Below are positions 9,378 through 17,149 of a stretch of 43,508 nucleotides of DNA, piece by piece. Every line of letters begins with the position of its first letter. Positions within the stretch are counted from its first letter, which is position 1. The position numbers were made by a program, and so were the translations under genes. This DNA is from Bacteroidota bacterium (GTDB taxonomy: Bacteria > Bacteroidota > Bacteroidia > NS11-12g > UBA955), in assembly GCA_947451105.1 (NCBI GenBank), contig CANFXY010000003.1, positions 1 through 43,508 on the forward strand. Reading direction: 5' to 3'. Under the pieces are notes generated by a model that ran no database searches, had not been told where the DNA came from, and saw only the letters and a program-made list of their open reading frames with translations.

Positions 9378-9384
9378 CTGCCTT

Positions 9385-9906
9385 ATGACTGTATTGTTGG
9401 TCGACAATAGTGAAATATATTGCCAAGGTTTAAAATCGTTTTTATTAAAAATAAATATAGTTGAAGCTATACATATTTTGACACCTGAACAATGTCATAA
9501 ATTTAACACAAATGCAAAAATTGATCTTGTTTTATGTGATTTTTCTGTGTTAGATAACCATAGTTTCAACCAGTTATACAAAGACTTGTATGGCTTCAAT
9601 GAGGATGTGAAATTAGTCCCAACCGTGCACTCTGTAAGAGACCTGGATTTTAGTGTTTTTAATAAATACAACACCACTGGGATCATATATAAATCAATAT
9701 CATTCAGGGATTTTGAATATTTCATATTGTCTTTAACAGGCAAGAAAATTAGCAACAATTTTATTAACCTGCTAGAGCAATTTGCAATAGAGAAAAGAAT
9801 CCAAAACCGCTTAGAAAAGAAATATCGTTTTAATAATATTCTTTTCAAAGATGATATCTACTGCTATGAAATTAATAGCCCAACCATTAGCAACCAAGTA
9901 AATTAA
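9385..9906 (+). CDS. Stand-alone response-regulator receiver-like protein (no output domain)
   Basis: NarL-type REC pattern: VLLVDNSEIYCQGLKSFL; a candidate phospho-acceptor Asp in IDLVLCDFSV; a conserved Thr region LVPTVHS; a Lys in IIYKSIS. No HTH follows, only a C-terminal tail of about 50 aa. Confidence 0.45.
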   Translation: MTVLLVDNSEIYCQGLKSFLLKINIVEAIHILTPEQCHKFNTNAKIDLVLCDFSVLDNHSFNQLYKDLYGFNEDVKLVPTVHSVRDLDFSVFNKYNTTGIIYKSISFRDFEYFILSLTGKKISNNFINLLEQFAIEKRIQNRLEKKYRFNNILFKDDIYCYEINSPTISNQVN

Positions 9907-9918
9907 ACATTAAAGTTT

Positions 9919-10092
9919 ATGAGCATTATCAATCAAAAAGGAACCTCTTTATTCTTACAAACATTATCCATCATTCTGCTTCTTGCTTTTTTCTGCGCTG
10001 TAATCATTCAAATCAATAGGGACAGCGATAGCGGTATAAATAGACAGAGCGATAGGCCTATTAATTTGGAGCCTTATAGGCCAAATAAATGA
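9919..10092 (+). CDS. Unannotated 57-aa single-pass membrane micro-protein
   Basis: My own translation: MSIINQKGTSLFLQTLSIILLLAFFCAVIIQINRDSDSGINRQSDRPINLEPYRPNK. It is below the 60-aa cutoff of the ORF track. It starts 12 nt after the receiver gene stop, and its TGA overlaps the ATG at 10089 (ATGA). Confidence 0.3.
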   Translation: MSIINQKGTSLFLQTLSIILLLAFFCAVIIQINRDSDSGINRQSDRPINLEPYRPNK

Positions 10093-10562
10093 GATTTTCA
10101 ATAGCAAACAATCATTATATAATGAATAAATCAGGGGTTACTAATTCAATCGATTTTCAGCAAATCGAAAGATTGTCCAATGTGGTTGTAGAATTAATTG
10201 AAAAGATTGATTCATTGCAAAGGGTAATCGGTAAACCGGATAACTTAAATGAGTATTCGGATGAGTTTTTCTTGAAAAACTTAAAGATTTTAACTGAGGA
10301 TGATTGGACAAGATACAAGCAAATATTTCAGCAAGTTTACCCCAATTATTACGGTCAAATCCAATACAAATATGGGGATATATTATCTAAAGCTGAAATT
10401 AGAATGATTTTACTCTTGAAGACTACAAACAGCCATGAAACAATATCCTCTATTTTAGGCATATCAAAGGAGTCGGTTAGGGTATGTATTTACAGGCTGA
10501 GGATTAAACTGAATCTCAAAACGAAGAAAGAATTGAATGCGCTGATTGATAATATACATTGA
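10089..10562 (+). CDS. Short LuxR-type HTH transcriptional regulator (coiled-coil N-terminus); paralog of 39434-39865
   Basis: C-terminal HTH LSKAEIRMILLLKTTNSHETISSILGISKESVRVCIYRLRIKL, preceded by DWTRYKQIFQQVYPNYY. The same arrangement is seen in Bacteroidota TPR-HTH regulators. An alternative start is the ATG at 10122. Confidence 0.6.
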   Translation: MRFSIANNHYIMNKSGVTNSIDFQQIERLSNVVVELIEKIDSLQRVIGKPDNLNEYSDEFFLKNLKILTEDDWTRYKQIFQQVYPNYYGQIQYKYGDILSKAEIRMILLLKTTNSHETISSILGISKESVRVCIYRLRIKLNLKTKKELNALIDNIH

Positions 10563-10620
10563 AGGCATAAAAACAAGGCATAAAAACACTACACAAACAC
10601 CAAACAAAAACTACACAAAC
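10562..10620 (+). repeat. C/A-rich direct repeats at the HTH / capD junction
   Basis: Read directly. A 13-bp tandem AAGGCATAAAAAC x2 at 10562-10574 and 10575-10587. An 11-bp ACTACACAAAC x2 at 10588-10598 and 10610-10620. Confidence 0.8.
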
Positions 10621-10629
10621 TACCATTCA

Positions 10630-12498
10630 TTGAAAACTAAATTTCTGTCATCTTGGCTCATTTTATTTATTGATTTATTGCTTATTACCAGTATAACGCT
10701 TGTGTTGCAAGAAGTTTTCTTTGTGAAAAATGTATTCATAGCTTACAGTAATTCTCAAAAACTCGCTCTTTTCTTGCTGGTTAATCTCGGCTTTATGCTT
10801 TATTTCCGAACCCACAAGGGCATTATCCGCTATTCGAGTATTGAAGAGTTGAAACGGCTTTTTAATGCCCTGTTTTCTGCAATGCTTGTTCTTTTTGCAA
10901 TAGACTACATTCAATTGTTTTACACCCAAAAAAAGTTTTTTAACGATATAAATTTAATTGTAAGAGCCATCTGTTGTTTTCAGGTTTTATTTGTTTTCAG
11001 ATTGTCTGCAAAAGTGGTATATGAAGTTTTTTTCATAACAAAAACAAAAGCAAAAAGTACTTTAGTAATTTGTTACGACATTAAATCGGTTAATGCCATA
11101 ACATTGATGTTGCAAAACCAAAGCAATCAGTTTAATCTGATCGCCATTTTTTGCATTGATGGTAAGGGTTCTGGTTTGTATTATGGCCGCGTTCCTCTGT
11201 TTTTTTTAGAAAATAATGCCTTTGCTAAGATTTACAAATTTGAGTATGATGCGGTCTTGGTAAGCGACAATGTACTGGCCATAAACAATGAAGTGGTTGA
11301 TTTTCTATTGGAGTGCAGAAACAATGGAAAGAAAATATACTCCTTAAATACCGAACCAGAAATCTTTAAAGACTTCGAATTAATTTATGAAATTGGCGAT
11401 GTTGATGTGGAAGATATTTTAAATCGACCTCAAATTCAACTTGAACATCAATTGCATAATAGTTCAGTAACGGATAAAACGGTATTGGTGACAGGGGGGG
11501 CAGGATCTATTGGCAGTGAAATCGTTAGACAACTGATAAAATTTAACCCCAAAAACATCTTAATTCTTGATTTTTCGGAAACTGCGCTGCATAATTTAGA
11601 ATTGGAATTAGAATGTATTAAGCACATCTCATTTCAATATTTGTTAAATGATATTAACGATGATTACAGCATTGATTGGATATTTCAAAAATACCGACCA
11701 CAATTTGTATACCACACTGCTGCTTACAAACATGTCCCAATGATGGAACGCCACCCGCGCCAATCGGTAATTACAAACATTAAGGCAAGCATTTCCCTCG
11801 CCAAAATAGCCACACAATACAATGCCGAAAAATTCATTTATGTTTCTACCGATAAGGCCGTAAATCCGCTGGGTGTGATGGGCACCTGCAAACGGATTTC
11901 TGAAATTTATCTAAATGCCTTTTATGCCTATAACATCAGCAAGCATATTGAGACACCGAAGTTTATTTTTACCCGTTTTGGGAATGTCTTGAAATCTAAT
12001 GGATCCGTGGTTCATCGCTTCGAGGAGCAAATAAAAAAAGGCGGACCTGTAACCATTACTGACCCCGAAATAACCCGTTACTTTATGAGTATTGATGAAG
12101 CTGCATCCCTGGTGCTAGAAGCTTCATTTATGGGCAAAGGGGGTGAGTTTTATGTATTTGATATGGGTGAGCCAATTAAAATAAAAGACTTAGCACAAAA
12201 CCTCATCAACCTTTATGTTAAATCGCGAGAAATAAATATTGAAATTGTTTACACAGGACTAAGACCGGGAGAAAAAATGTATGAAGAACTTATTTATGAC
12301 AAAGCAAAAGATTTGCCTACCCATCACCCCAAAATTATGATCAGTAAGGATTTGCCTACCAACTACCCTTTGGTCAATATTTTAACCCTTGATTTGTTCC
12401 AAGAATTAAACACTTTGAATAGTACAGAAATTAAAAACAAACTTAAAACTTTGCTTTACAAACTTGAAAACCTCGAAATTAATGCTCCACAAAAATAG
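10630..12498 (+). CDS. Membrane-anchored CapD/WbpM/PglF-type nucleotide-sugar 4,6-dehydratase
   Basis: N-terminal TM helices, then Rossmann motif VLVTGGAGSIGSEIVRQL and catalytic HTAAYKHVPMME. The start is uncertain. The ORF track uses the TTG at 10546, which adds a low-complexity N-terminus encoded by the direct repeats. The TTG at 10630 gives MKTKFLSSWLILFIDLL, similar to homolog N-termini. Confidence 0.85.
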   Translation: MKTKFLSSWLILFIDLLLITSITLVLQEVFFVKNVFIAYSNSQKLALFLLVNLGFMLYFRTHKGIIRYSSIEELKRLFNALFSAMLVLFAIDYIQLFYTQKKFFNDINLIVRAICCFQVLFVFRLSAKVVYEVFFITKTKAKSTLVICYDIKSVNAITLMLQNQSNQFNLIAIFCIDGKGSGLYYGRVPLFFLENNAFAKIYKFEYDAVLVSDNVLAINNEVVDFLLECRNNGKKIYSLNTEPEIFKDFELIYEIGDVDVEDILNRPQIQLEHQLHNSSVTDKTVLVTGGAGSIGSEIVRQLIKFNPKNILILDFSETALHNLELELECIKHISFQYLLNDINDDYSIDWIFQKYRPQFVYHTAAYKHVPMMERHPRQSVITNIKASISLAKIATQYNAEKFIYVSTDKAVNPLGVMGTCKRISEIYLNAFYAYNISKHIETPKFIFTRFGNVLKSNGSVVHRFEEQIKKGGPVTITDPEITRYFMSIDEAASLVLEASFMGKGGEFYVFDMGEPIKIKDLAQNLINLYVKSREINIEIVYTGLRPGEKMYEELIYDKAKDLPTHHPKIMISKDLPTNYPLVNILTLDLFQELNTLNSTEIKNKLKTLLYKLENLEINAPQK

Positions 12499-13258
12499 AC
12501 CAATCCTATTGTTTCTTTTAGCCCTGCTTTTGGGCCAATCATGTGCTTTTAAAAAAGACATACTTTACTTCCAAGATCTTTCCAAGAATTCTATTGACTC
12601 CATTAATACAAGCGTTAACACCATTCAAGTAAATGATATTTTGAGCATACGCGTCAGCGATCTAAACCCAGAGGTTGCTGCACCATTTAACCTACAGAAC
12701 AATGCTCAATCTAACACACAAAACAACCCTGCATTAAATGGTTATTTGGTTAATACCGAGGGCAAGATTACCTTTCCTATACTGGGCAACATACAATGCA
12801 CCGGTTCAAGCATAGCGGATTTGGAAACCCATATTACAAAATGCTTATTGGACAGTGGCTACCTTAAAAACCCAACAGTAATGATCAGAGTTTTAAACAA
12901 CAAAGTAACTGTATTGGGCGAAGTTAGAAGCCCAGGTACTTATATATTCTCAGAGCAAAACATAACCCTTTTACAAGTCTTAGGCTATGCCGGCGATTTA
13001 ACCATTAATGGATCCAGAAAAGACATACTGATTATCCGTGAAGAAAACGGGAAACGCAGCTACCAAGAAGTTGATATAACCAGTGTCAATTGGTTTAAAA
13101 GCGCCTCCTACCAAATAAGAACCAATGATGTGGTGGTTGTAAAACCCAATAACCCAAAAATCAAAACAGCAGGGCATATTGCTGGTATTGGCGGCATTAC
13201 ATCTATAGTTTCTTTTGCTTTAAGTATTTTCTTAATCATAAACACACTAAGCAAATGA
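12482..13258 (+). CDS. wza: Polysaccharide export outer-membrane protein (Wza/OPX family)
   Basis: Lipoprotein-like signal MLHKNRPILLFLLALLLGQSC, Poly_export motif region NDILSIRVSDLNPEV and SLBB motif VTVLGEVRSPGTY. The ORF-track TTG start at 12464 was replaced by the ATG at 12482. Confidence 0.85.
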   Translation: MLHKNRPILLFLLALLLGQSCAFKKDILYFQDLSKNSIDSINTSVNTIQVNDILSIRVSDLNPEVAAPFNLQNNAQSNTQNNPALNGYLVNTEGKITFPILGNIQCTGSSIADLETHITKCLLDSGYLKNPTVMIRVLNNKVTVLGEVRSPGTYIFSEQNITLLQVLGYAGDLTINGSRKDILIIREENGKRSYQEVDITSVNWFKSASYQIRTNDVVVVKPNNPKIKTAGHIAGIGGITSIVSFALSIFLIINTLSK

Positions 13259-15660
13259 CCCAAGAAAAAAAAGACGAACAGAGCAAACTTAATACCCAAA
13301 GAATTATTAAGGAAATACGCAAGTACTTACAGTATTGGTACCTTTTTCTTATATCTCTAGTTATTGGCATTTCTATTACTGAAACGGCACTCCGCTATGT
13401 GAACGATGAATACGTTTCGAAAATCAACATTAAAATTATTGAACAAGACCAAAAAGATGCCTTAAACCTCAGCAATATCAGCAATCCTTTTGGCAAAAGA
13501 TCTATCAATTTAGAGAATGAAAAGGAGGTTATTAAATCTTACCGACTGAATGAAAAGGTGGTTGATAAACTTGATTTGCAAACTTACATTTTTTCTAAAG
13601 GTAAAATTAAATCCGTTGAACTTTGGGAAGATGCTCCATTCACAATTGAATACTTAGATTCGGGAAATGTTCTTGATGAAACAGAATTTGAAATCCAAGT
13701 TAAGATAACTGAAGAGGGTTATGAACGTGTAAATGGTGCATTAAATAAAAAAGAAAAAATATCTTTCAAATTCAGAGAAACGGACAGCGTTTCGGGCTTG
13801 CATTTTTTCTTAACCTTGAAAGACGACAAAGACAACAGAAATTTAATAGGGCAAACATACCTTATCAGCAGAATTCCAAAAGGTGCTGCAATTGAAGGAT
13901 TGTCTGACCAATTGCAAATTAACAAAACCAGCAAAGAAGGTGATGTAATCAGCATTTCTATACAAGGTCCGAACAAGGATAAAAACGAAGACATTCTTAA
14001 TACACTTGTACAGGAATACAATTCAGATGGGATGGCCGACAAACAAATTATTGCGCAAAGTACCATTTCCTTTATCAACGACCGCTTGTTTGAATTGTAC
14101 GACGAATTGGATTCCATTGAATACAGCATTGAAAAGTATCTTGTTCAAAACGACATGGTCTCCATTGAAAGCGATGCAGAAATTACCACAACGAAGAAAT
14201 ATGGCTATGAAGAAAAAATAAATGATCTGAACACCCAACTGCAATTGTCTTACGTTCTAGAAAAGTCGCTAAAGGCCGACACAAAAAACGGGCTTATTCC
14301 AGACAATATTGGTTTGACCAATTCGGGCATCAACAACCTTGTTGACGCCTACAATTCAATGATTTTGCAGCGTAGCAAACTTTCGGCCAGTGCAGGTGTA
14401 AACAATCCTGAACTAAAGCTCCTAAATACTTCCATATTAGAACAAGAAAGGAACACGCTTAAATCGATAGCCAATTACCGCAGCGAATTAACACTTTCAC
14501 TCAATACCCTCAATAAATTTCAAGTTGAAAGCAGTGCCCGTTTTAAATCCATTCCAAGCAAGGGCAAAACCTTGCGTTCCATTGGTAGAAAACAAGGCAT
14601 TAAAGAAAGTCTTTACCTATTGCTTTTGCAAAAGCGCGAAGAAGCCGGTATTACGCTAGCCTCTACAGCCCCTTCTGTAAAGCTTCTAGACTACGCCAGC
14701 ACACGCTTGGAGCCAGTTAGTCCTAAACGTTTCCCAATATTTATACTTTCCATTTTATTCAGTATTGCCCTGCCTATCGCCATTCTGTTTTTGAAATTTG
14801 CCTTGGACAATAAAATACACGATTCCGATGACGTAACACTGGCTTCACCAAATATTCCCTTAATTGCCGAATTACCCAAGGTTGCTGAGGACAAAAGACA
14901 GGTCAAAGAAACCGATAATTCACCCTTGGCGGAGGCCTTCCGTATGCTGCGCACCAATGTGAACTATATGTTGCCTATTGACCTCAATGGCAAAGCACCC
15001 ATTATTATGGTGACCTCTACCATTAAAGGGGAAGGGAAAACATTCACTTCAATGAATTTAGCATTTGTATACGCCAACACCAATAAAAAGGTTCTTTTAC
15101 TTGGCACTGATATGCGCAACCCTCAATTGCACAAATACCTAAACATAGATAAAAACATATTTGGCTTAAGCAATTACTTGCACGACAGCCAATTATTACA
15201 TAAAGACCTAATCATTAAAAACGCCATGGGAAATCGCTTTTTCGATGTTTTATTGGCAGGCAATATACCACCCAATCCTGCAGAATTACTGACCAATGGC
15301 CGCTTAAGCATCTTATTGGATGAACTTCGAAATGAATACGATTATATTATTGTCGATACCGCCCCTAGCCTATTGGTTACGGATACTTTGTTGATAGCGC
15401 CACTTGCAGATATTTTGCTCTATGTGTGCTCCGTTAACATTACCGAAAAGCGCTTAATGAATTTCTCGAAAGAACTAAAGGAAGAGGGCAAGTTTAAAAA
15501 TGTTGCCTATGTCTTAAACAATGTTCTTCAGCCTGCCTATGCCTATAAATATGGCTACCGCTATGCCTATAGTTACAACTATGGCTATGGCTATGGCTAT
15601 GGTGCAGACACAGAGGATGAGACAAATAAGAAAAAGAAAAGATTTAAATGGTTTAAATAA
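13255..15660 (+). CDS. wzc: Polysaccharide co-polymerase / BY-kinase (Wzc, PCP-2a)
   Basis: Two TM segments flank a long coiled periplasmic domain. Cytoplasmic kinase with Walker A TSTIKGEGKTFTS and Walker A-prime/B IIVDTAP. Tyr-rich tail YAYKYGYRYAYSYNYGYGYGYG. ATGA overlap with wza. Confidence 0.85.
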   Translation: MTQEKKDEQSKLNTQRIIKEIRKYLQYWYLFLISLVIGISITETALRYVNDEYVSKINIKIIEQDQKDALNLSNISNPFGKRSINLENEKEVIKSYRLNEKVVDKLDLQTYIFSKGKIKSVELWEDAPFTIEYLDSGNVLDETEFEIQVKITEEGYERVNGALNKKEKISFKFRETDSVSGLHFFLTLKDDKDNRNLIGQTYLISRIPKGAAIEGLSDQLQINKTSKEGDVISISIQGPNKDKNEDILNTLVQEYNSDGMADKQIIAQSTISFINDRLFELYDELDSIEYSIEKYLVQNDMVSIESDAEITTTKKYGYEEKINDLNTQLQLSYVLEKSLKADTKNGLIPDNIGLTNSGINNLVDAYNSMILQRSKLSASAGVNNPELKLLNTSILEQERNTLKSIANYRSELTLSLNTLNKFQVESSARFKSIPSKGKTLRSIGRKQGIKESLYLLLLQKREEAGITLASTAPSVKLLDYASTRLEPVSPKRFPIFILSILFSIALPIAILFLKFALDNKIHDSDDVTLASPNIPLIAELPKVAEDKRQVKETDNSPLAEAFRMLRTNVNYMLPIDLNGKAPIIMVTSTIKGEGKTFTSMNLAFVYANTNKKVLLLGTDMRNPQLHKYLNIDKNIFGLSNYLHDSQLLHKDLIIKNAMGNRFFDVLLAGNIPPNPAELLTNGRLSILLDELRNEYDYIIVDTAPSLLVTDTLLIAPLADILLYVCSVNITEKRLMNFSKELKEEGKFKNVAYVLNNVLQPAYAYKYGYRYAYSYNYGYGYGYGADTEDETNKKKKRFKWFK
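15580..15603 (+). repeat. In-frame hexanucleotide microsatellite encoding YGYGYGYG in the Wzc tail
   Basis: (TATGGC)x3 plus TATGGT, read directly. Codon phase checked against the start at 13255. Confidence 0.85.
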
Positions 15661-15663
15661 TTT

Positions 15664-16152
15664 ATGGATAGCAACCTTGACGATATTGAAACAGTATGGT
15701 ATGTATTGTATACCAAACCAAGGCATGAGAAAAAGCTCAGTGAACAACTCAACAGCATGGGTATTGAAAACTATTGCCCAACCATTATAAAAACAAGTAG
15801 GTGGACCGACCGCATTAAAAAAGTAGAAATACCGCTTATTGGGTCGCACATTTTCGTTAAAATAGAATCAGAGAAACGTGGGCATGTTTTTATTTCGCCT
15901 AGCGCTGTAAGGTATTTGTTTTGGAATGGTAGACCAGCCATCGTAAGAGCGTCAGAAATAGAACAAATAAAGGAAGTGCTTAAGGGCAAAAGTATACAAT
16001 CAGCAGACATTCAACAATACCGAGCTGGGCAAACCATGGAGGTAAGCGCCGGACCATTTTTGGGCGTCTCTGGACAAATTCAATCAATAAGCAAACACAC
16101 AGTAACACTGGTGCTAAAAGAAATGGGCGTTATCTTAACGTTGCATGCTTAA
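15664..16152 (+). CDS. UpxY-family (NusG/RfaH-like) transcription antiterminator
   Basis: NGN-domain start WYVLYTKPRHEKK and a KOW-like GQTMEVSAGPFLGVSGQI. 162 aa. Confidence 0.8.
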   Translation: MDSNLDDIETVWYVLYTKPRHEKKLSEQLNSMGIENYCPTIIKTSRWTDRIKKVEIPLIGSHIFVKIESEKRGHVFISPSAVRYLFWNGRPAIVRASEIEQIKEVLKGKSIQSADIQQYRAGQTMEVSAGPFLGVSGQIQSISKHTVTLVLKEMGVILTLHA

Positions 16153-16276
16153 GTTGAAATAAGCTATTTAATAATCACTATCCACTTATGTGGGTGGCAG
16201 CGGCGAAGCCGTGAATTAGAGTTCTTTGAAGGGGATTGTTGAGTTAAAAGTTTCCTTTAAATAAGAAGCAAAAAAA

Positions 16277-17140
16277 ATGAGCATAAATTCAAATATTAAT
16301 GAACAAGTTTGGACGGAAGAAATTAAATCCGACAATTCTTTGCTGTCTATCAACATCAAGGAAGTTTGGCATTACCGCGACTTGTTGTTTATGTTGGTGA
16401 AAAAAGACTATGTAACGTTTTACAAACAAACCATTTTAGGACCCATTTGGTTTTTTGTTCAACCCATATTAACCACCTTAATTTATATTTTGTTGTTTGG
16501 TCAAATAGCCAAATTGTCTACAGGTGGGGTGCCTCAAATTGCCTTTTACCTTTCTGGTATTACCATTTGGAACTATTTTTCAGAAACCTTAATAAAAACA
16601 TCTACAGTGTTTAAAGACAATGCAGCAGTGATGGGCAAAGTGTACTTTCCTAGGTTGATTATGCCCCTCTCGATAGTGGTTTCAGGCCTAATGAAATTTG
16701 CCATACAATTTGGACTCTTCATTGCCGTGGTCTTGTATTTTACCTTTATTAAAAAAACCATACATCCCAATGCATGGGTATTTGCAACACCACTTTTAAT
16801 TGCTCTAATGGCTAGCTTATCACTTGGCATAGGGATGGTGTTTTCATCTTTAACCACCAAATATAAAGATTTGGTGTTTCTCTTAAATTTTGGCATTCAG
16901 TTGTTGATGTATGCAACACCCGTAGTATACCTATCTGAATCGATTCCAAATCAATATAAATGGATTGTTGACATTAACCCTTTGACAGGGCTTTTTGAGT
17001 GTTTTAGACATGGGTTTTTAGGTACAGGGCATTTTGATCCAAGCAGTTTGGTTTTTAGCGCTGCAGTTACACTCGGAACCTTGCTTTTGGGTGTCCTTAT
17101 TTTTAATAAAGTTGAAAAGGGTTTTATGGACACAGTTTAA
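16277..17140 (+). CDS. wzm: ABC-2 type polysaccharide export permease (Wzm)
   Basis: 287 aa, six hydrophobic helices, N-terminal YRDLLFMLVKKDYVTFYKQTILGPIWFF typical of Wzm/TagG/KpsM permeases. Confidence 0.85.
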   Translation: MSINSNINEQVWTEEIKSDNSLLSINIKEVWHYRDLLFMLVKKDYVTFYKQTILGPIWFFVQPILTTLIYILLFGQIAKLSTGGVPQIAFYLSGITIWNYFSETLIKTSTVFKDNAAVMGKVYFPRLIMPLSIVVSGLMKFAIQFGLFIAVVLYFTFIKKTIHPNAWVFATPLLIALMASLSLGIGMVFSSLTTKYKDLVFLLNFGIQLLMYATPVVYLSESIPNQYKWIVDINPLTGLFECFRHGFLGTGHFDPSSLVFSAAVTLGTLLLGVLIFNKVEKGFMDTV

Positions 17141-17149
17141 TTAAGGCAA

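Noticed and set aside
15514-15849. Two ORFs, a 111-aa minus-strand ORF (15514-15849) and an 89-aa plus-strand ORF (15521-15790), with striking IAIAIA / MAMAMA repeats.
   Set aside because: They are alternative-frame readings of the GCTATG repeats that encode the Wzc Tyr-Gly tail. They overlap the well-supported wzc and UpxY genes. They are low-complexity artefacts.
16203-16214. GGCGAAGCCGTG as a bona fide RfaH-type ops element.
   Set aside because: Only the GGCG and TG ends match the GGCGGTAGnnTG consensus, and UpxY recognition sequences are not known to resemble ops. It is kept only as an analogy within the leader finding.
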